From Candidatus Woesearchaeota archaeon (GTDB taxonomy: Archaea; Nanobdellota; Nanobdellia; UBA10117; ARS21): a DNA stretch of 64,000 nucleotides. The position numbers were made by a program, and so were the translations under genes. Under the pieces are notes generated by a model that was not told the origin of the DNA, searched no databases, and saw nothing but the letters and a program-made list of their open reading frames with translations. Below, one piece after another: positions 56,956-64,000 of this stretch. The stretch covers positions 48,984 through 112,983 of the forward strand of contig CAYFOG010000001.1 in NCBI GenBank assembly GCA_964344705.1. Direction: 5' to 3'. Numbering within the stretch: the first letter of the stretch is position 1; each line of letters starts with the position of its first letter.

Positions 56956-59490
56956 ATGATGAAGAAACTTTTCATGACTCTTGCAGTTTTGGTGCTAGTT
57001 ATGCAACCAGCTTTTGCGTTTACGCTTTCTTCAGCTGATCAAAGTGTTTCAACATGTCCGAGTAATACTGGATTGTTTGTTGCGCAAGTTGGAAATACTG
57101 GAAGTTCTACAGAGATTTACACACTAGGATTATCGGGCGCAGCAAGCGGTTGGGCAAGCGTTGCTCCAGCAGGATTTGCTCTTGGTCCGGGACAATCTCA
57201 AGACGTTTATGTTTATGTTACTCCTTCTTCAAATGCACAAGTCGGCAATTATCCTTTAACTTTAACTGTTTCTTCTGGCACGTCAAGCCAGAATTTGGCT
57301 TTTGATTATACTGTGGAGTCTTGTCATGATATTTCACTTACGGCTCAAACCAATGAGCTATCCGTTTGTTCAGGAAATTCAGCAAGCTATGTTTTAAATT
57401 TGAGAAATGACGGTCAGTGGGAGGATACATTTGACTTAGCAGTCTCTGGAGAAGCAGGAATTTGGTCGAGCTTGAGCCGGAATTCTGTTTCACTTGCGCC
57501 AGGAGAGTCCGAACAATTAAGTGTAGTTGTTACACCGCCAAGAAACGAGGTTGGAGTTTATTCGCTAGCAGTATCTGCCACATCTCAGAGTGCTGGAGTC
57601 GTGGTTGCTCAATCATTAACAATCGCCTCAAGATCATGCTATGATTTTGACATGGTTGCCTCAGAAAACTATGTCTCATTTTGTGATAATTCTGAAGCGA
57701 AAGTTCCAGTAACAATTACTAATTCAGGTTCAGAAAACGATGTTTACAGTTTAGATTTGAATGGGAATAGTTGGTCTGTTCTTGATAGAGATTCAATTAG
57801 CGTTCCTGCGGGAGCCAGTGCAGCATTCAATTTAATATTAACTCCAGGATTTGGAGATGTTGGAACAAGTGTTTTCAATATTGAAGCTGAAGCCACTACT
57901 GGAGACACATCAGATTCAGTAACAATTAATGCAAATGTCTTAACATGTAGAGATACAAGTTTGGATATTGAGAGTTCAAGTATTGAGCTTTGTCCTGGAA
58001 CAAGTGAAACTGTTAATGTAATGCTGACAAATGCGGGACAGTTCCAAGAGAGTTATTCTTTGACGGTTGATGGTCCAAGTTGGGTTAATTTGGATAGAAA
58101 CTCAGTAATTCTTGCTTCAGGCGAATCAGCAACAATGCAATTATCTTTATCACCGCAAACGAATGCGGGTTTGATTTATGAAGATGTTACTGTCAGTGCA
58201 AAATCTCAAAATGTAGGAAATACTCAAGACTCTGATTCAATTAGAGTAAATGTTCCAGTAAGAGCGGCTTGTTATAATGTTGACGTCTCGACTGAACACA
58301 GGGCTGTCACCGTTGCTTATGGTGAAGGAGCGTTAGTTCCAATTGTTGTTCAAAATATAGGTTCTCAAAGCAATACTTATGAATTTACTGTGTCTGGAGA
58401 TGGCGCACAATTTGCGCAGATTAATCCTGGAGCAATTGAAGTTGAAGGCAATACTGTTGAAGAAGCTTACTTATATATTTCAGTTCCACGAGATGCAGCA
58501 AAAACTTCGTATACGATTGCAGTGGCTGCGCAATCTGGAGATTTAAGAGATTCAACCGCAGTTATTCTGACCGTTTCAGATGAAGAACCTAAATTTATTG
58601 GAGCCGTACCAGAAAGTTTGAAAGATGCTGGTTCTGGCGCAGTTTCATCAGTTTGGAGTGGCCTAGTTAGTTTATATTCCGTCACCTCTAATTTTGTTAT
58701 AAATTATTGGTATATATTTCCAGCACTATTGGCACTGTTGGTTGTGCTTTATGGACTCGGACGAGTTCGTGATTCTGAATCTTGGATGAAAGATTTGGAA
58801 CTTCTTGAGCAAGAGTTAGAACTTTCTGAAAAGAAAGAGATACCTAAACCTAAGAAGACACAACCATCATTGCTAAAGCGTTTCTCAGATTGGTTAATGG
58901 AAGAAGATGAAGTTAAAGTTGTAACTAAATCTAAACCTCCAGTGAAATCTGAAACAAAAGTGAAAAAAGAACCGGGAAGGTTCCAACGTTTCTCAGATTG
59001 GTTAATGGAAGAAAACGTACCAAAGGCTAAGCCGAAAGCCAAACCTACCCCTAGACCTAAACCTAAGAAGACACAACCATCACTACTAAAACGATTTTCT
59101 GACTGGTTAATGGAAGATGATGAAGTAGTTCAAGTAACTCGTAAACCTGGGAAATCATTATTAGAACAAGCAAAAGAATTTCTTTTTGAAGAAGTTCCAG
59201 TTACTGAAGAGAAAGTTAGAAAACCTAAACCAAAGAAAAAGGAAAAAGGACTTTGGCAAAAATTCATTGATTGGTTAGAGGAAGAAGATGAATCTAAACC
59301 AAAGCCCAAATCACGTTCAAGATCGACGCCAAAACCAAAAACCAAGAAAGAACCAGGACTATTACAAAAATTCTCAGATTGGTTAATGGAAGAAGATGAC
59401 AAACCTAAGACTAAACCAAAACCTAAACCAAAGAAAAAGGAAAAAGGTATTTGGCAAAAATTCATTGATTGGTTAGAAGAGGAAGATTAA
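56956..59490 (+). CDS. Large surface protein: signal peptide, five ~105-aa Cys-bounded CARDB/DUF11-like repeats, a single TM helix, and a ~250-aa cytoplasmic tail with six K-F-S/I-D-W-L-M/E-E-E-D-E motif repeats
   Basis: Repeats start CPSN.., CHDISL.., CYDFDM.., CRDTSL.., CYNVDV... TM segment YIFPALLALLVVLYGLG. Tail motifs LLKRFSDWLMEEDE, FQRFSDWLMEEN, LLKRFSDWLMEDDE, LWQKFIDWLEEEDE, LLQKFSDWLMEEDD, IWQKFIDWLEEED, separated by K/P-rich linkers. Confidence 0.55.
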   Translation: MMKKLFMTLAVLVLVMQPAFAFTLSSADQSVSTCPSNTGLFVAQVGNTGSSTEIYTLGLSGAASGWASVAPAGFALGPGQSQDVYVYVTPSSNAQVGNYPLTLTVSSGTSSQNLAFDYTVESCHDISLTAQTNELSVCSGNSASYVLNLRNDGQWEDTFDLAVSGEAGIWSSLSRNSVSLAPGESEQLSVVVTPPRNEVGVYSLAVSATSQSAGVVVAQSLTIASRSCYDFDMVASENYVSFCDNSEAKVPVTITNSGSENDVYSLDLNGNSWSVLDRDSISVPAGASAAFNLILTPGFGDVGTSVFNIEAEATTGDTSDSVTINANVLTCRDTSLDIESSSIELCPGTSETVNVMLTNAGQFQESYSLTVDGPSWVNLDRNSVILASGESATMQLSLSPQTNAGLIYEDVTVSAKSQNVGNTQDSDSIRVNVPVRAACYNVDVSTEHRAVTVAYGEGALVPIVVQNIGSQSNTYEFTVSGDGAQFAQINPGAIEVEGNTVEEAYLYISVPRDAAKTSYTIAVAAQSGDLRDSTAVILTVSDEEPKFIGAVPESLKDAGSGAVSSVWSGLVSLYSVTSNFVINYWYIFPALLALLVVLYGLGRVRDSESWMKDLELLEQELELSEKKEIPKPKKTQPSLLKRFSDWLMEEDEVKVVTKSKPPVKSETKVKKEPGRFQRFSDWLMEENVPKAKPKAKPTPRPKPKKTQPSLLKRFSDWLMEDDEVVQVTRKPGKSLLEQAKEFLFEEVPVTEEKVRKPKPKKKEKGLWQKFIDWLEEEDESKPKPKSRSRSTPKPKTKKEPGLLQKFSDWLMEEDDKPKTKPKPKPKKKEKGIWQKFIDWLEEED
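58850..59490 (+). repeat. Imperfect tandem DNA repeats (~60-70 nt units) encoding the FSDWLMEEDE-motif tail
   Basis: Near-identical DNA stretches, e.g. aagacacaaccatca(t/c)t(g/a)ctaaa(g/a)cg(t/a)tt(c/t)tc(a/t)ga(t/c)tggttaatggaaga at 58856 and 59066, and gaaaaagg(a/t)(c/a)tttggcaaaaattcattgattggttaga at 59244 and 59443. Confidence 0.6.
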
Positions 59491-60218
59491 TGCCTTTTTT
59501 GGATGACATTTTGGACTATAAGTATTCTTTATCTCAGTGGCATATCAACAATGAAGATTTTAATAATATTGAATTTGCGCCACTGTATTTCAGTCTAGAT
59601 AAAGATTCCATGACTCAATTTGCAAAAGAAGGAAGAGGATATTCAACAGAAGATGGTCGGGCCCGCGCCAGAAGAAATAAAGATGACCGATTAATCATCC
59701 GAAGACCTTTTGATGGAATAATAAAACGACTTAGGAGAATTAATGAGTTGGAATATGCGGTTTTGGGTGATAGAATTATTTGGAAGGAAAGAATTCCTCC
59801 AGAGAAGGCAATGTTTAATTTTCGTTCTACTGAGCATGAATATGTTTTGGACATGGATATTCGTTCCGATGCAAACTTCAATAATTTATTGAGTGCGCTT
59901 TCATCAACAGAACCAAATCCACAATTATTAGAAGCAACGCTTCAAAAAAGAAAAAGATTTGCTAAAGAAATTATTTCAGAAAATGAAATTTTTATGATTG
60001 ATGTAACAAACAAATATTGGAGTTCAAAATCAAATAAACATTCTTGGTTTGAAATTTTCTATATGCTTCCAAGAGACTCTGAAAATTGCGATTTAGCTTT
60101 GAGAAGAGTAATTGAAGCAAATCTTGATGGTCCATCACACAAACGTCGAGCAAAATATCAGGAAAGACGTGCGCTTCAAATGTTGGCCGAGTATGAAGCA
60201 GAACATTCTAAATCTTAA
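59490..60218 (+). CDS. Hypothetical protein (242 aa); its start overlaps the stop of the preceding surface-protein gene (TAATG)
   Basis: ORF 59469-60218; ATG at 59490; R/K-rich; no family recognised. Confidence 0.35.
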   Translation: MPFLDDILDYKYSLSQWHINNEDFNNIEFAPLYFSLDKDSMTQFAKEGRGYSTEDGRARARRNKDDRLIIRRPFDGIIKRLRRINELEYAVLGDRIIWKERIPPEKAMFNFRSTEHEYVLDMDIRSDANFNNLLSALSSTEPNPQLLEATLQKRKRFAKEIISENEIFMIDVTNKYWSSKSNKHSWFEIFYMLPRDSENCDLALRRVIEANLDGPSHKRRAKYQERRALQMLAEYEAEHSKS

Positions 60219-61116
60219 TTTCCATAAAATCTTTAGCCATAGTTATTTTTCCCTTGAATGCGGATTTGGCTTCTTCTTTCAGTTCTTTTGTTGAGCGATA
60301 TCTCTGCGAAAAGTGAGTCAGAACTAAGTGTTTTACTTTTGCTTGTTTGCCGAGCCGTGCAGCTTCTTTAGTTGTCATGTGTCCGCCTTTTTCTGCTGAA
60401 CTTTTTACTTTATTTGAAAATGTTGCTTCGCAGACAAAGACATCTGAATCTTTTACAAGTTCAACAATTGGAGCATAGTAAGCAGTATCAATAGTTATTG
60501 CAAATTTCTTTCCGTGACGAGCATAGGTTGCGAGTTTAGCGCTTATTTTCTTACCGTCAATAGTAACATCTTTTCCTCTTTGCAATCGTTTTAATCCTGG
60601 ATGCTGTGTAGGAATTCCTTTGGATTTCAGATAGTCAGTATTAACTCTGAGTCGAGTTTTTTCTTGGAATGAATATCCGAAACAAGGAATTGGATGCTTA
60701 AGCTTTAGTGCATTAATTTTGTATTTGTCCGTTTCACAAATTGTTTTGAGTTTTATGTTTGAAAGTTCTTTGACAATTAATCTGTAACTAAGTTTTTCGT
60801 GCTCGTAAGCTTTCATAATTGCTGAGATTTTTGCACCAGTTCCTTTTGGTCCGTAAATTTCCAAAGGATTTTTTCTTTGATTCATAGCCATACTCATTAA
60901 CAAACCTGGAAGTCCTAGAACGTGATCTCCGTGCCAGTGAGAAATGAAAATCTTTGTAATTTTTTGCGGGTTTTCTTTTGCAATTCTGATTTGCCTTTGT
61001 GTTCCTTCGCCACAATCAAACAAAAAAGATTCTCCAGCATAGGTAAAAAGTGCCGCAGTCTGATTCCTGTCTTTAGTTGGGAAAGCTGAAGACGTTCCCA
61101 AGATTCTTAGCTTCAT
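60208..61116 (-). CDS. rnz: Ribonuclease Z (tRNA 3' endonuclease)
   Basis: Metallo-beta-lactamase motif HWHGDH, N-terminus MKLRILGTSSAFP, 302 aa. Confidence 0.85.
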   Translation of the reverse strand: MKLRILGTSSAFPTKDRNQTAALFTYAGESFLFDCGEGTQRQIRIAKENPQKITKIFISHWHGDHVLGLPGLLMSMAMNQRKNPLEIYGPKGTGAKISAIMKAYEHEKLSYRLIVKELSNIKLKTICETDKYKINALKLKHPIPCFGYSFQEKTRLRVNTDYLKSKGIPTQHPGLKRLQRGKDVTIDGKKISAKLATYARHGKKFAITIDTAYYAPIVELVKDSDVFVCEATFSNKVKSSAEKGGHMTTKEAARLGKQAKVKHLVLTHFSQRYRSTKELKEEAKSAFKGKITMAKDFMEIKI

Positions 61117-61216
61117 GTTGATACATAATCCTTTTAATGTATAAAAGAATAACTTTTTTACACGAAGACTCTAACTTCTTGAGCAGTAGTTCGGAAGGGG
61201 TACTTCTTGAAAAACA

Positions 61217-61708
61217 ATGGAAAAAGGAACCCTGATTGGAAATAAGGTTGTACTTAGCACGAACTCTTTATTTAATCGCAGTGCTTTTGGGATTTTGAAC
61301 AAGCAAGGTGGAGTTGAATTGAGCTCTGAAGAAGCACTTTATCTTGTAGAGAAGAAAAAAATTGATGTGGAGGTCAGTTTTGATAATCTGCGTCGAAGAT
61401 TTAACCGAAGCAATAAGAATTTTGATGAGAGATATTCTGTATTTCGAGATTTGCGTAATAGAGGATACATTCCTAAGAGCGGTTTGAAGTTTGGATGCGA
61501 CTTTAGAGTTTATGGCAAAGGTTCAAGACCTGGAAAAACTCATGCGAAGTGGTTAGTTTTTGCCACTCGAGAAAATTCTAAATCGTCTTGGAAAGATATG
61601 TCTGGAATGGCACGAGTTGCAAATTCAACTAAGAAGAGTGTTTTGGTGGGAATTGTAGATTCAGAAAACGGCGTTAGTTATTTTGAGGTATCTTGGAGAC
61701 GGCCATGA
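61217..61708 (+). CDS. endA: tRNA-splicing endonuclease catalytic subunit EndA (short, ~163 aa)
   Basis: Catalytic-domain motifs GYIPKSGLKFGCDFRVY and a conserved His/Lys. Confidence 0.8.
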   Translation: MEKGTLIGNKVVLSTNSLFNRSAFGILNKQGGVELSSEEALYLVEKKKIDVEVSFDNLRRRFNRSNKNFDERYSVFRDLRNRGYIPKSGLKFGCDFRVYGKGSRPGKTHAKWLVFATRENSKSSWKDMSGMARVANSTKKSVLVGIVDSENGVSYFEVSWRRP

Positions 61709-61911
61709 GCTTTTATCTTGGATGGGTCTGTAAGAATTGTAAACGGGCAATGAACTCTGAACGGCGTTCTCTTAGAGTTAAGTCAAGATTGAAGTGTAAG
61801 ATTTGTGGAAAAACTCAATCTTTTGATGAAAGCATTCATTCTGGAATTTCAGAGGATGCTTTAGTAATTACTGAGTGGGTTAAGCAATGGAATTCTCAAA
61901 AATTACATTAA
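61705..61911 (+). CDS. Small zinc-ribbon protein (C-x2-C-x18-C-x2-C), translationally coupled to endA
   Basis: CKNCKR...CKICGK. The track start at 61693 is a TTG; the ATG at 61705 overlaps the endA stop (ATGA). Confidence 0.4.
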   Translation: MSFYLGWVCKNCKRAMNSERRSLRVKSRLKCKICGKTQSFDESIHSGISEDALVITEWVKQWNSQKLH

Positions 61912-62226
61912 TTCCCGAGCTTCTTTGATTAATTTTTCAATTTGCTCCAATTTATGTCTCAATTCTCGTTTCTTCCCGAAATTAAATAAGTCTGCAAGTA
62001 TGTTTTTGAATACTTTGTCATCCTTTGTTTTCTTTGCTTCTTCGTATTGTTCAGGATCGTCATGACGCATGTATTCTGCGGCGATTTTCTGAGCCACAAT
62101 CATTTCATCATCAGTAAAATCAAGGTCTGAAAACAGTTCTTCCAGAGATTGCTCATCTTGCTCTTTTTTGACCTTCTTCTTAGCCATATTTTGACTAGTT
62201 TTGTCTATTTTTATTGATTTGTTCAA
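61903..62226 (-). CDS. Hypothetical acidic coiled-coil protein
   Basis: ORF only. Confidence 0.25.
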   Translation of the reverse strand: MNKSIKIDKTSQNMAKKKVKKEQDEQSLEELFSDLDFTDDEMIVAQKIAAEYMRHDDPEQYEEAKKTKDDKVFKNILADLFNFGKKRELRHKLEQIEKLIKEARELM

Positions 62227-62230
62227 TAGA

Positions 62231-62824
62231 TTAAATACTGAGTCTGAACTGATTTCTTTTGAGCCAAGCTTTATGTTTTTTGAAATCGGGACATCTTTCT
62301 TGAACCAATCTCCAGAATTCTTTGGAGTGATTCATCTCAATTCTGTGGCAAAGTTCATGAATAACTACATATTCTATTACTTCAGTTGGAGCCATGGCTA
62401 ATCGCCAATTAAAATTCAAATTTCCTTCTGAAGAACAGGAACCCCAACGGGTCTTTTGATTCTTTATGAACACTTGGTTTATATTGTATTTATTGTCTTC
62501 ATTGTGGATTTCAAGCAAACCTTCAATAATTCTTCGAGTTTCGTCTTTGTAGAAGTTTTCCAAATTGATATTTTCAAAAAATTCAAGCGGTTTTAGCTCT
62601 CCAAGATGCAAACACCCATCTTCTTTCAGGACTAACTCATATTTTCGCCACTGCTTGTTAATCCAAGCAGATTTTTTTTGTACAAACTTTTCAATTTCAG
62701 TAGTAGGTATATGTTTTCCTGCGTTAATTCTCAAACCCGCTTCATCAACTCTTAGAGAGATTCGATTAGAACGCGTTCGTCGTTTTAGAACAGCAGGCAT
62801 GCTTAATTGGTCCAAAAATTCCAT
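62231..62824 (-). CDS. YgjP-like metal-dependent hydrolase (DUF45/M48 family)
   Basis: WGSC...NWRL...P...YVVIHELCH...NHS motif set. Confidence 0.65.
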   Translation of the reverse strand: MEFLDQLSMPAVLKRRTRSNRISLRVDEAGLRINAGKHIPTTEIEKFVQKKSAWINKQWRKYELVLKEDGCLHLGELKPLEFFENINLENFYKDETRRIIEGLLEIHNEDNKYNINQVFIKNQKTRWGSCSSEGNLNFNWRLAMAPTEVIEYVVIHELCHRIEMNHSKEFWRLVQERCPDFKKHKAWLKRNQFRLSI

Positions 62825-62828
62825 TTTA

Positions 62829-63224
62829 CTAGAATGGCAGATATCCTGAGATTAGTGGCCAAATGAATGGCGAAGCAGCAACTAAAATACCAATCACAAT
62901 ACTGTGAATCCAAGTTTCATGTGTTCCCGGACCTCTAGATCTGGCAAATACTGCTGATTTTGCATGAACTATTGCTGCTGCGATAAGCGCTAAAATTGCT
63001 AGAACTGCGATTTGATTTTGAAAGAAAGTTGGAAGAAATCCGGAATTTGTCGCTAACTCAATATTAAATGCAACAAAGGACAAACCAATCAAATAGCCCA
63101 TTGCTCCAAGACCATGACTTATGGTTGACTTTGCATCTCCAGACAAATCTTTGACCATGAATGCAATATCGACGAGTCCAATTAGGGTCCCCATAATGAT
63201 TGGTGCGAATACTTCTAGCGCCAT
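62829..63224 (-). CDS. Hypothetical membrane protein (4 TM helices)
   Basis: Hydrophobicity only. Confidence 0.35.
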   Translation of the reverse strand: MALEVFAPIIMGTLIGLVDIAFMVKDLSGDAKSTISHGLGAMGYLIGLSFVAFNIELATNSGFLPTFFQNQIAVLAILALIAAAIVHAKSAVFARSRGPGTHETWIHSIVIGILVAASPFIWPLISGYLPF

Positions 63225-63300
63225 ATAACTTAATTCTCGCGATTCTATTTAAGTATTTTGGAGAAGAAACGCTTTAATAGATTATTGTTTACTAAGAATT

Positions 63301-64000
63301 ATGCCAAGAGACGTATCTTCTTTTGCCAAGAAGAATGGTTTCATATGGGGACCTGAGCCGGAAATTTACAACGGTTTAGCTGGTTTTTACACATATGGGC
63401 CAATGGGAAAAGCTCTTAAGACAAATGTTGAAGATTTACTTAGAGCGATTTTTGATGCTCAAGAATTCTGGGAAGTCGAGACGCCAATAATCGCACCATC
63501 ACCAGTTTGGAAAGCTTCTGGACATCTTGCAGGTTTTACTGATCCTTTAATTCGGGATGAGAAGAATAATATTTTCCGAGCCGATAAATTGATTGAAGAA
63601 TATATGCTTGAGAATGGAATGAATCCTGATGAAGAAAATGTTGGTTCATTGAATGCTGAAGCACTACTTAAGTTGATTAAGAAGTACAATATTAAATCTC
63701 CAAATGGCAAAGAGTTGAAGATGAATATTGAGAATCACAATTTGATGATGAAGACAACGATTGGTACGGACATTGAAGCTTATTCGCGACCGGAAACTGC
63801 AACAATGACATATCTTCCCTTCAAAAATTATTTTGAGTATTTCAGGAAAAAAATGCCGATGAAAATTTATCAAGTTGGCAAGTCTTTCAGGAATGAAATT
63901 TCTCCGCGACAGAATGTTATTCGTGGTCGAGAGTTTACGCAATTTGAATCACAATTATTTTTGTTTGAAAGCATGAAACATGAGTTTGAAGATTTTGAAA
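63301..64000 (+). CDS. glyS: Glycyl-tRNA synthetase (archaeal/eukaryotic type), 5' part; continues beyond the window end
   Basis: Own translation from the ATG at 63301: GFIWGPEPEIYNGLAGFYTYGPMG, WEVETPII, SRPETATMTY, IYQVGKSFRNEISPRQ. Open to the window edge, which is why the ORF track lacks it. Confidence 0.85.
   Translation, partial: MPRDVSSFAKKNGFIWGPEPEIYNGLAGFYTYGPMGKALKTNVEDLLRAIFDAQEFWEVETPIIAPSPVWKASGHLAGFTDPLIRDEKNNIFRADKLIEEYMLENGMNPDEENVGSLNAEALLKLIKKYNIKSPNGKELKMNIENHNLMMKTTIGTDIEAYSRPETATMTYLPFKNYFEYFRKKMPMKIYQVGKSFRNEISPRQNVIRGREFTQFESQLFLFESMKHEFEDFE

Noticed and set aside
1-64000. Search for CRISPR arrays, IS/transposase genes, integrases or rRNA.
   Set aside because: No direct-repeat and spacer periodicity. 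No transposase- or integrase-like ORFs. No rRNA-like GC-rich blocks beyond the SRP RNA and the 30.7-kb island. The only tandem repeats are the coding repeats at 58.85-59.49 kb.

Overview
This is an AT-rich archaeal chromosomal segment, with GC-richer islands only at stable-RNA loci. Gene content and order look like a small-genome, DPANN-like or otherwise reduced archaeon: dense, often overlapping genes, frequent GTG/TTG or leaderless starts, and an eIF6-pfdA junction with no LX gene.

Most of the window is informational core:
- Replication and repair: RFC small and large subunits, PriS with a Gins51-like gene, a mini PolX, a family-4 UDG, Hjc and a HerA-like ATPase.
- Transcription: the Spt5-L11 block, RpoE' with Spt4, and RpoF.
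- Translation: many ribosomal proteins (L1, P0, P1, L21e, L31e, L39e, L44e, S19e, S24e, S27e, S27ae), aIF2alpha, eIF6 and Pelota.
- Aminoacyl-tRNA synthetases: Ile (partial), Ala, His, Leu and Gly (partial).
- RNA and protein handling: Kae1, DHS, RNase Z, EndA, SRP54/FtsY, prefoldin alpha and two FKBPs.
- Cell division and transport: FtsZ, a P-type ATPase, CorA, an MscS-like channel and an AI-2E transporter.

RNA genes found by eye are an SRP (7S) RNA at about 4030-4290, tRNA-Phe(GAA) and tRNA-Ser(GCU) in one unit with a structured spacer, tRNA-His(GUG) with an encoded G-1 directly upstream of hisS, and tRNA-Arg(TCT). A further roughly 340-nt GC-richer, ORF-free island at about 30735-31075 looks like an unassigned structured RNA. 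No CRISPR array, IS element or rRNA was seen.

The accessory regions that deserve the most attention are:
- A four-gene operon at 36.2-41.3 kb encoding a signal-anchored protein, a 4-TM protein with a Cys-rich ectodomain, and two paralogous lipobox lipoproteins.
- A three-gene cluster at 53.1-59.5 kb of large secreted proteins with CARDB/DUF11-like repeats and C-terminal membrane anchors. The last one carries a cytoplasmic tail of six repeats of a K-F-S/I-D-W-L-M/E-E-E-D-E motif, and a hypothetical gene starts on its stop codon.
- A solitary HerA/FtsK-like ATPase with a long C-terminal extension, sitting directly upstream of the L1-P0-P1 genes. Those three are separated from L11, and inverted relative to it.
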